From NCBI GenBank assembly GCA_964525295.1, contig CAZGEO010000001.1, forward strand, positions 73,671 through 137,670: 64,000 nt of DNA, given 5' to 3'. Under the pieces are notes generated by a model. That model saw only the letters and a list, made by a program, of their open reading frames with translations. It ran no database searches and was not told the origin of the DNA. The DNA is from an uncultured Candidatus Saccharibacteria bacterium (lineage in GTDB: Bacteria; Patescibacteriota; Dojkabacteria; GCA-002793355). The translations under genes and the position numbers were made by a program. How positions within the stretch are numbered: position 1 is the stretch's first letter; each line of letters opens with the position of its first letter. Below, in pieces: positions 56,785 to 64,000 of this stretch.

Positions 56785-56868
56785 TGCCGAAGGAGGGACT
56801 CGAACCCTCACACTATTGCTAGTACTAGCTCCTGAAGCTAGCGCGTCTGCCAATTCCGCCACCCCGGC
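56785..56868 (-). tRNA. tRNA-Leu (CAG), type II with long variable arm
   Basis: Reverse complement folds as: acceptor GCCGGGG/CTTCGGC with two G-U pairs, anticodon stem CTAGC/GCTAG with loop TTCAGGA, 15-nt variable arm, T-arm GAGGG-TTCGAGT-CCCTC. Confidence 0.8.
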
Positions 56869-58565
56869 ACGAGCTTCCAAGTATGAATATTCGAAAATCT
56901 ATCGCTTGGATCGACAAAAGATTCCGAAACTTTACGGTCAATTATATCAAAGGATACTTCATAATACGAAGGATGATACAAAAATATCGCAGGAACTTCC
57001 GTTACCAAAGCTTTTTGAAAATCTTTATAGGTAACTAATCTTTTTTCAGCATTAATCTGTAAACGACCTTTTTCCAAATAATTATCTACAAGCGTTGATT
57101 TATATCCACCCAAGTTTAAGCCCGGAAATGTAGTTTGCGAAGAATGCCACAGCCCATACTGATCTGGATCAATACCCGAATGAATTTCAAACAACAGCAT
57201 TTCGAACTCTTTCTTCGCAATAACAGCTTCTTGCATGTTTTCACTCGTAACACCTTCTAATGTCAAATTGAAGCCGACTTTAAGTAATTGATCTCTAATA
57301 TTTTGCGCTACTTGCCTGTTTACTGGAGTATCCAAAAAGGTCAATGTTGCGCCTAATTCTTTCTCTTTCTGCGTTCTAAATGGCGCACCCGAATATTCGT
57401 ATTTCCAGCCTAATTTATCGAATACTTTATTTGCATCTTCCTGCGAAAATTGGAGTAATTTGTCGAGTTCTGTATTATAGACATAACTATTTGAATCAAA
57501 TGGCCCTTGGGCGACTTTTGCGCCAGGCAATGTAGCTACCAATGCGTTTTTATCAATAGATTGTGCGAGTGCCTGGCGCAACTGAATATTTACCAGTAAG
57601 CTCTCATTTTCAGCTTCCTCTAAACTACCTGACAGATTAAACAAAATGACACGAGTATTATTTGCTTGCACGTATTTTTTTAACGAAACGTGCGAAGCTA
57701 CGGTTGCTGCATTTATCCACTTGGGAACAACCGCAGGCTCAAGTGGTGCAAGTAACATGACAGTTCCCTTGAGAAAGGCTACTTCTGCTGCAGCATACGT
57801 TTGAAATTCTGTAAATGAAATTTCCTTAATTTCTGGCGCACCCTTAAAATATTTTTGATTGGCGCGTAAATTATGCTTGTTACCGAGCTTCTGTACATAC
57901 TGATATGGCCCCGTTCCGATAGGCGAAATGGTGTCTCCTTGCTCAACTAACCTGGAATAAGTGTAATCTCTAAATAAATGTTCTGGCAGAATGCCAATCG
58001 TTATCAACTCTAAAAATGCTGCATTTACCTGTGGCAAAGTAAACTGTACCTGATAGTCACCAATTGCTTGAAATTGTACACCAGTCATAATTGCGCCAAG
58101 CACCGTATCATCACCACCCGATTGAATGATTTTGTAAGTATTTACAACGTCTTCTGCGGTAAACAGTTCGCCGTCATGCCAATAAATGTTTTCACGAAGA
58201 AATATTGTATACTTTCGACCATCTGGTGAAATTTCCCATGTTTCTGCAAGTTCTGGCGTAATACGACCAGATTGACTATCAATTGAGACCAATCCTGAAT
58301 AAATCAGGCTAGTAATTAGTTGAGAAGATTCATCAGTAGAAACATCAAGAGGATTGATTTGCGATACAGAACCAACAATTCCATATTTCAATTCTTGACC
58401 AAAAACTCGAATACTTGCAACAGAATTAACAAAAAGTGCAATAATAAAAAAGATTAAAATTCCCGTGACAATTCCCGCAAGAATTCTAAATAAAGACGAG
58501 AAAAGGGCTACGAAATTAATAATCCCTTGCGGATATCCCCACAGGATATCGCGAAATGATGACAT
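56838..58565 (-). CDS. ABC transporter substrate-binding protein (family 5, peptide/nickel type)
   Basis: N-terminal TM/signal, then a ~540-aa SBP_bac_5-like region. The 3' end overlaps tRNA-Leu by 31 nt. Confidence 0.65.
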   Translation of the reverse strand: MSSFRDILWGYPQGIINFVALFSSLFRILAGIVTGILIFFIIALFVNSVASIRVFGQELKYGIVGSVSQINPLDVSTDESSQLITSLIYSGLVSIDSQSGRITPELAETWEISPDGRKYTIFLRENIYWHDGELFTAEDVVNTYKIIQSGGDDTVLGAIMTGVQFQAIGDYQVQFTLPQVNAAFLELITIGILPEHLFRDYTYSRLVEQGDTISPIGTGPYQYVQKLGNKHNLRANQKYFKGAPEIKEISFTEFQTYAAAEVAFLKGTVMLLAPLEPAVVPKWINAATVASHVSLKKYVQANNTRVILFNLSGSLEEAENESLLVNIQLRQALAQSIDKNALVATLPGAKVAQGPFDSNSYVYNTELDKLLQFSQEDANKVFDKLGWKYEYSGAPFRTQKEKELGATLTFLDTPVNRQVAQNIRDQLLKVGFNLTLEGVTSENMQEAVIAKKEFEMLLFEIHSGIDPDQYGLWHSSQTTFPGLNLGGYKSTLVDNYLEKGRLQINAEKRLVTYKDFQKALVTEVPAIFLYHPSYYEVSFDIIDRKVSESFVDPSDRFSNIHTWKLVPGWRNWQTR

Positions 58566-58567
58566 AA

Positions 58568-58807
58568 TTAAACGACTTTAATATCGATATAAATAAGAAC
58601 CATCAAAATCAAGATTACCACAAATGTAAGATAGAAGAAGATTTTATCTGCACCTTTTCGTAACTTGAAGATGTCGCCACCACCACCGAAGAAGCTTGAT
58701 CCTTTTTCACTTCGATTCTGAGCTAAAATCAAGACAATACCAATAATCCCGAAAACGATCTCTAAAATATTTACCCATTGTTGTGTCATTTTTCTGTGTT
58801 CAACCAA
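58568..58807 (-). CDS. secG: preprotein translocase subunit SecG
   Basis: ~79 aa, two TM helices flanking the Gly-rich LAQNRSEKGSSFFGGGGD. Confidence 0.55.
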   Translation of the reverse strand: MVEHRKMTQQWVNILEIVFGIIGIVLILAQNRSEKGSSFFGGGGDIFKLRKGADKIFFYLTFVVILILMVLIYIDIKVV

Positions 58808-59199
58808 ATTAACGTCTGATATGCAAGCCCTATCTGAGCTGACAATACTGCTATTGTACCAAACAATCCAAGAGAAGTCCCAATCACTTTTCCTCCAAAA
58901 AATACGAAAGATGGAAAGTTAACCGCCTTAATGGTTATTCCACCCAAAAGCGAATGACTTAAATAAAACACTACCATTAATATAACAACATGAATCAATG
59001 CATCAAATACTGGCCCTGAAGGCAATAAAAAGAAGGAGCGAATACGTGATGAGGCGAGAGTTGCTGCGCCATAAAAACAGAGAAACATTGCAACATACGT
59101 AATCGAATTTGCAAATAGAATGCCTCCGGTAAACTTTGAAACAATTGCTAATAGCAAAAAACTGAGCAGCAACTGAAATATGATTTGCTTAATTTTCAT
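58786..59199 (-). CDS. hypothetical membrane protein
   Basis: Four TM helices. Confidence 0.35.
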   Translation of the reverse strand: MKIKQIIFQLLLSFLLLAIVSKFTGGILFANSITYVAMFLCFYGAATLASSRIRSFFLLPSGPVFDALIHVVILMVVFYLSHSLLGGITIKAVNFPSFVFFGGKVIGTSLGLFGTIAVLSAQIGLAYQTLIWLNTEK

Positions 59200-59767
59200 T
59201 TTGATTCACTTGAGTTAATCCGGTCTCATCAACCTGTAAAGTGTACGTAATTGTATCTGAAGATGCAAGCAGAGGAATTATAACAAGTTGTTTGGTTATC
59301 AGATTAACGTCAGGCTCTGAAATTTTAACAATACCCAATGACTCGAGTTGTGCCAAGAAGGGATCTTTATTCTCATACAAAATTCTTCCCGATGAATCAG
59401 TAATTTTTGCTAGTTTATACATTGAGCGAAAGCCTACTGGCACAAGAGCATCTGGAAGGGTAATTTTCACATATTCTGCCCATAAAAGTTCGCTACGTGC
59501 AGCAAGAACTGCTTCTACATCTTTCGTAGCGCGAGAAGTGTTCCTAGTGATAAGTACTTCGAGCGCATTAGCAGCATTTACTTTATTGAAAGTAAATCCA
59601 GAACCAGTTTTGGCATCTTTTTTCGTAACTTCTATTGAAGCAACTAATTGTTTTTCATTATCTGGAACAAACGAACGAAACCAATTAAATACAATCAACA
59701 ATACTACAATCGCTCCAACAAAAAGGTAGAGCGTAAAAAATGCTATAATGGTTTGTATGAATTTCAT
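59189..59767 (-). CDS. hypothetical membrane-anchored protein
   Basis: N-terminal TM helix. Confidence 0.35.
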   Translation of the reverse strand: MKFIQTIIAFFTLYLFVGAIVVLLIVFNWFRSFVPDNEKQLVASIEVTKKDAKTGSGFTFNKVNAANALEVLITRNTSRATKDVEAVLAARSELLWAEYVKITLPDALVPVGFRSMYKLAKITDSSGRILYENKDPFLAQLESLGIVKISEPDVNLITKQLVIIPLLASSDTITYTLQVDETGLTQVNQNEN

Positions 59768-59794
59768 ACTGCCTCATTTTATCATGAAATCATC

Positions 59795-61084
59795 GTGAAA
59801 ACCAAAATAATTGCTACGATTGGCCCCTCGACTTGGAATTTACCAGTAATTAGAAAAATGTACCGCGAAGGGCTCGATATTGCTCGAATAAATGCCTCTT
59901 TTGCAGATCGAGAGGAATTATCGCGAGTGAAGAATCAATATCATCGAGTCAATTCGCAAATCACCATGATGGTTGACACCGTTGGTTTTAAGATTCGTCT
60001 CAACAAAACAAATGCTGAAATAACCGTTACAAAAGGAGACCTCATTAATTTTTCATCTCACCCGACTAAAGATTTCGAATTAGGTCTAGACTACCAATTT
60101 TTCGAACGAGATGTGCAACCAGGCAATCGACTTTCAATTGACGATGGCAACATGCAATTGAAAGTCATCGAGAAATCAGCTGAACGAGTAACAGCACAGG
60201 CAATAACTAACGGAATTATAAAAAAAGGCAAGACACTTGCTCTTCCTGACACCAAATTAAGTTTTAACGAACCAATCACCGCAAAAGACAAGATTAATAT
60301 CGACAACGCAATTGATCTTGGATACGATTTTCTAAACATTTCATTTGTTCGTGGTATCGGCGATATTCGCGCCATACGGCAATATATTGGGAATTCAAAA
60401 ATTTCATTGGTTGCAAAAATTGAAAATGCCGAAGGCATCCAGAGTATAGATGAAATCCTACCATATGTTGATGCATTGATGATTCCTAGAGGAGATCTCG
60501 CAATAGAAACACCTTTTGAACAACTTCCGATCATTCAGAAAGAGATGAGTCGAAAAGCAGCGCAATTCGGTAAGCCCGTAATTTACGCTTCGCAAATTCT
60601 TGATAGTATGAAATCGAGTAGATTCCCACTACGCTCTGAAATTTCAGATTTAGGCAATGCTGTATACGACCGTGCCGATGCAATTATGCTCGCACAAGAA
60701 ACTGCTATTGGTAATTTTCCAGCAACTACAGTAGCAACAGCGCGAAAAATTCTAGATAGAGTAGAGCCATCATTTAGTATTGATCCATTATTTGAAGATT
60801 CCTTTATTCTTGAAGCAGCTACGAATTCCGCAAAAAATCCAAAGACGAAATTTATGCTTGAAAAAGCTCTTCACGTTGATTATCAACTTGCAAACGGTTA
60901 CAAATTCAGTTGCCCTTATGGCCTTGATACATACAAAGATATGGCAGACTTTTGGTATGAATTTGAACCTCTAGTATACCTCAGTAAACTGCGAAAACCC
61001 TTAACTTTAACATTTGAATCACCAGATTTACGTGCATTAAGACAAGCAAATTTACTGTATGGTGTGCAATGTAATAGAGTTTAA
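59795..61084 (+). CDS. pyk: pyruvate kinase
   Basis: KIIATIGPS N-terminus and MIPRGDLAIE active-site region. The start is probably GTG at 59795, because the track ORF from 59648 runs through the convergent upstream gene. Confidence 0.7.
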   Translation: MKTKIIATIGPSTWNLPVIRKMYREGLDIARINASFADREELSRVKNQYHRVNSQITMMVDTVGFKIRLNKTNAEITVTKGDLINFSSHPTKDFELGLDYQFFERDVQPGNRLSIDDGNMQLKVIEKSAERVTAQAITNGIIKKGKTLALPDTKLSFNEPITAKDKINIDNAIDLGYDFLNISFVRGIGDIRAIRQYIGNSKISLVAKIENAEGIQSIDEILPYVDALMIPRGDLAIETPFEQLPIIQKEMSRKAAQFGKPVIYASQILDSMKSSRFPLRSEISDLGNAVYDRADAIMLAQETAIGNFPATTVATARKILDRVEPSFSIDPLFEDSFILEAATNSAKNPKTKFMLEKALHVDYQLANGYKFSCPYGLDTYKDMADFWYEFEPLVYLSKLRKPLTLTFESPDLRALRQANLLYGVQCNRV

Positions 61085-61200
61085 AACGATAATGCAATAG
61101 CGTATTAATGCTTTAGTGCTTCATTGCTTTGCTCTCTTTACCGCTTTCTCGCTTTACTTTCCGTCACTCTGCTTTAATTGAAATTTTGTTGTATAATTCA
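61085..61200. repeat. TGCTTTA-type short-unit array (reverse orientation of the 12619 family)
   Basis: gcattat gctttag tgcttca ttgctttg cgctttc tcgctttac ctgctttaa. Confidence 0.5.
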
Positions 61201-61210
61201 CAAACTAACT

Positions 61211-61282
61211 GGTGATGTAGCCAAGTGGTAAGGCAGCGGTCTGCAAAACCGCTATGCGCGGGTTCGAATCCCGCCATCACCT
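61211..61282 (+). tRNA. tRNA-Cys (GCA)
   Basis: Acceptor GGTGATG/CATCACC, anticodon stem GCGGT/ACCGC with loop CTGCAAA, T-arm GCGGG-TTCGAAT-CCCGC. Confidence 0.85.
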
Positions 61283-61420
61283 AATTCAAATTTCCCTTAA
61301 CACATAATTCCGGTTGATTTAAACAACGGAGTATTTCGAATAACAACCGTTACAAAAAGAAAAATTTTTTTCTAGGAAATGTAACGACCTACATTCAACG
61401 GGGTGGGTGAATCCCACTAT
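61283..61420 (+). repeat. degenerate fragment of the tRNA-flanking element after tRNA-Cys
   Basis: CGAATAACAACC, hairpin AATGTA-ACGACC-TACATT, then CAACGGGGTGGGTGAATCCC. The tRNA-end copy is not preserved. Confidence 0.4.
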
Positions 61421-61839
61421 TACGCAGAATACTCATTAGAAACGAATTGAGATACTCTCTCAATGTCATCGTCAGAAATCTCTGTTGAATTGATATCTTC
61501 AATAAGCTTATTCATAATGATATTTATCTCTTTTTGGAACAATTCAATAGTTAAAACGCGATCGACATTGGTATTACTTCTATATATTTGAAACGCTTTT
61601 TGTGTTGTTGCCTTAATTCTATCAATGGCAACAAAATAATCGAGCGAATTTTTTTCTGTAGCAGAAAAAAGTGATCCAATGCTACCGTTAGGCTGAGCAA
61701 AATGCGCCAATTTATGCCTGAAATTATTTAGAAGTGACGTTGCATTACGTTTATTGTAAAGGCCATACCTCTTTAGTGTAAATTTTACTGCATCATCTTC
61801 ATAAGTTACTTTCATGAAAACTTTTTTTTTAGTTATCAC
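61420..61839 (-). CDS. hypothetical protein
   Basis: 139-aa ORF with no motif. Followed by ~260 nt without an ORF. Confidence 0.3.
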   Translation of the reverse strand: MITKKKVFMKVTYEDDAVKFTLKRYGLYNKRNATSLLNNFRHKLAHFAQPNGSIGSLFSATEKNSLDYFVAIDRIKATTQKAFQIYRSNTNVDRVLTIELFQKEINIIMNKLIEDINSTEISDDDIERVSQFVSNEYSA

Positions 61840-62139
61840 ACTAAGAGGCCACTCCTTAGGATTATGGATAACATATGCGATTCTCGAATAGAAATTAAGA
61901 AGACTAAATAATCCAACTGCAATTAAGTAATTACCTCCTCCAATATATTCGCTTGAAGAAAGAAATTCTTTCTTCGTTGTAGTCTTAGCTCAAAGAAACG
62001 TATTACAATCTGAAAATAATTCATGCCCAACGTCTATTATATAACTCACTATTTCATTCCTATTCATTAATGTCATTCTAGCATTTTTGTCACTACGGTG
62101 CCTCTTCTTCCCCCCTCCCATCTATGCTACACTTCCCGT

Positions 62140-62844
62140 ATGAATAAACGAACTATCTCTGTAATAGTACTTGCGCTAGCAATTGTCGGCGTCATCATTT
62201 TTGCTCTATACAAAGTAAATCCATTTGGATCTAGCGATTACACGCAAGGTAAAAAAATGTCCCCAACTGAGGCAAGATCAACGTATGAACTGCCTTTTGC
62301 TAACAAAACAATCCAGTTGATCCGTGCAAATTCCGGTAGCACCGAAAGTACCTTTTGGAATACTACAATAGCTTCTGTTTCTGTTAATGGCACGCTCGAT
62401 TCTCTATACGATAGGGAAGACTGGGGGGTATCTTTATTCTACGATAGCCCTAAAAATGCATTTTACTACCTAAACCCCGGGGGGTATGAAAAAATAAGTA
62501 TCGTTACCTCAAGTTACATTGCGGAACTGGCAAAACCAAAAAATCAAAAACTTGCCCAAGAAGATCTAACAGGAACAACTACCTATCGTAGTTGTGCGCA
62601 AAAAGAAACTTCCGTTGGATCAATAACTGGTGTACTTTCTGTACCATGTACTGAACGCGTAGTAAGTGATGAATTTTCTGATGTTCTCGATGAAAGCACT
62701 GTTGTTGCCTGCTTTATTCCAATTTCTTCAGGCAATTACCTTGCGTTTGAATTACCACTAAGACCAGTTGGCACGTCACTCAACCTTTGTGAATCACTAA
62801 CGGCAATGGGTATTCAAAGTATTACTGAAATTACCAAAAAATAA
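62140..62844 (+). CDS. hypothetical secreted/membrane-anchored protein
   Basis: Start placed at MNKRTISVIVLALAIVGVIIFALY (TM/signal). The track ORF starts at 62098. Confidence 0.4.
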   Translation: MNKRTISVIVLALAIVGVIIFALYKVNPFGSSDYTQGKKMSPTEARSTYELPFANKTIQLIRANSGSTESTFWNTTIASVSVNGTLDSLYDREDWGVSLFYDSPKNAFYYLNPGGYEKISIVTSSYIAELAKPKNQKLAQEDLTGTTTYRSCAQKETSVGSITGVLSVPCTERVVSDEFSDVLDESTVVACFIPISSGNYLAFELPLRPVGTSLNLCESLTAMGIQSITEITKK

Positions 62845-62845
62845 T

Positions 62846-64000
62846 ATGAAAAACTTCCTTAAAAGATTCGGTGCAATTCTCGCTGATTTGCTATTCTTTA
62901 CCGTTTGGATTGCAGTTTCGCTTGCTGTTGCAATTTTCATTCTCTATTGGCAAAACAAAGATATCGCAATAATTAATACTTTACTGCAAACCCAATTAAT
63001 GCCAACATTATACGTCGCGTATGCAGTATTATTTGTAATAATTCTTAAATACTTCACCATTGTGCCTCTTTTCTTAAAAGCGACACTTGGCCAGGCATTA
63101 TTTGGTATCTCCTATACAACCGAAGGAAAATTTACCTGGTGGAAACTCTTTCTCAAACATATTATTGGTCCATTTTGGGATATTCTTTTATTTCCTTACA
63201 CACTATTTGCAGGTTTCACTAAAAAAGCAAAAATAAGCACAAATATCTCGGGTATTGTTGTTTCAACTGAAAAACGAAAGCAGGGGGTTGTTTTCTATGC
63301 AGTTACAATTTTTTCAACTCTTGCGCTTATTGCAACTATTGCAGGAGGAACTTACGTTCAAAAAGTAGGTATAAATCAACTCATTGAACAATATACTGAC
63401 TACGAAAAGCAGGTTGATTACTTGATAGAAAAACACGCCTATCAAGACGCAGCAGACGTACTCGAAAAATATAAAGAATATAACGGAGAGACAGCGACAT
63501 ACTGGTTTAGCTCCTGTATTATCAAAGGAAATCTGACTACCGAAGAAACAACACACGAAATTTGCGCTAAAGCAGCAGAACAAAACGCCAGTGACGCTTC
63601 TCGTCAACTACAAATAACTGCCGTTGAGGCACGAGTATATGCAGCCAATTTAGATTATGAAAAAGCAGAGTCACTGTACGCAAAACTATGGAATGAACTC
63701 AACGTAAGAACATTAGATATGAAAGATTATGTATATGTTCTTTCTGAACTAGGAAAAAACAAAGAAGCGACTGAGGTTCTAGGCGAGCTTGAAAAGGCTG
63801 TACCTGCAGAAAATATCTCACTAAACCGTGATATTGCAGTACTTTACGAACGACTTGGTGACACCGAAAAAGCACTTAGCAAGTACAAAGAAATCCTGGC
63901 TGCAATTCCAGAAGGGAGTAATCAAGATATCGCAGGTGAACTTAATTACAGCGTAGGTGTAATACTTTTTAACCAAAATAAGCCTGATGAAGCGAAACCA
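62846..64000 (+). CDS. membrane protein with C-terminal TPR-like helical repeats (3'-truncated by window edge)
   Basis: Open frame from ATG 62846 to the window end (385 codons). N-terminal TM helices, then Tyr/Leu-rich helical repeats. Confidence 0.45.
   Translation, partial: MKNFLKRFGAILADLLFFTVWIAVSLAVAIFILYWQNKDIAIINTLLQTQLMPTLYVAYAVLFVIILKYFTIVPLFLKATLGQALFGISYTTEGKFTWWKLFLKHIIGPFWDILLFPYTLFAGFTKKAKISTNISGIVVSTEKRKQGVVFYAVTIFSTLALIATIAGGTYVQKVGINQLIEQYTDYEKQVDYLIEKHAYQDAADVLEKYKEYNGETATYWFSSCIIKGNLTTEETTHEICAKAAEQNASDASRQLQITAVEARVYAANLDYEKAESLYAKLWNELNVRTLDMKDYVYVLSELGKNKEATEVLGELEKAVPAENISLNRDIAVLYERLGDTEKALSKYKEILAAIPEGSNQDIAGELNYSVGVILFNQNKPDEAKP

Noticed and set aside
59648-59794. 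N-terminal 49-aa extension of the pyruvate kinase ORF in the track
   Set aside because: It runs antisense through the upstream minus-strand gene and has no PK homology. The conserved KIIATIGPS begins right after an in-frame GTG at 59795.

Overview
Low-GC (~36%) bacterial chromosomal segment, gene-dense and mostly transcribed on the + strand. The gene content is consistent with a small-genome, CPR/Patescibacteria-like organism, but this cannot be verified from the sequence alone.

Housekeeping genes recognised from protein motifs:
- rpsP, a KH-domain protein, trmD, secA, secG, argS, def, pyk, recO
- tsaE, tsaB, tsaD
- an FtsW/RodA-family protein
- gmd, a WbaP-like sugar phosphotransferase, two GT1/GT4 glycosyltransferases, DgkA
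- an ABC-F ATPase
- three NUDIX hydrolases

Many secreted or membrane-anchored hypothetical proteins are also present, several of them Thr/Pro-rich.

Seven tRNA genes were folded by hand:
- Arg(GCG)
- Thr(TGT)
- Thr(GGT)
- Gly(GCC)
- Val(CAC)
- Leu(CAG), minus strand
- Cys(GCA)

Main discovery: a family of paralogous ~300-nt non-coding elements, each lying immediately 3' of a tRNA gene. Four copies are complete (after tRNA-Thr-TGT, tRNA-Thr-GGT, tRNA-Gly and tRNA-Leu). There is a divergent tandem remnant next to the Leu copy and a degenerate piece after tRNA-Cys. Each complete copy ends in an exact duplicate of the last 17-21 nt of the preceding tRNA (from the T-loop to the acceptor end), preceded by a conserved AAATTGGTGGG-N-AGCCGAaTCCC junction. 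All copies share a conserved core, AGRGCGGGGCTG.GC.TAACAACC, and a hairpin whose stem sequence changes between copies while pairing is preserved. This points to either a tRNA-targeting non-autonomous insertion element or an undescribed structured RNA co-transcribed with tRNAs.

Other notable features:
- A T-box leader with two copies of the GGTGGTACCGCG box upstream of a hypothetical-BtpA-argS operon.
- A recurrent intergenic low-complexity repeat built from TAAAGCA/TAATGCG units.
- An Erm/KsgA-like rRNA methyltransferase.
- An accessory-looking block of drug-modifying-enzyme-like genes.

No rRNA genes, CRISPR arrays, transposases or integrases were seen.
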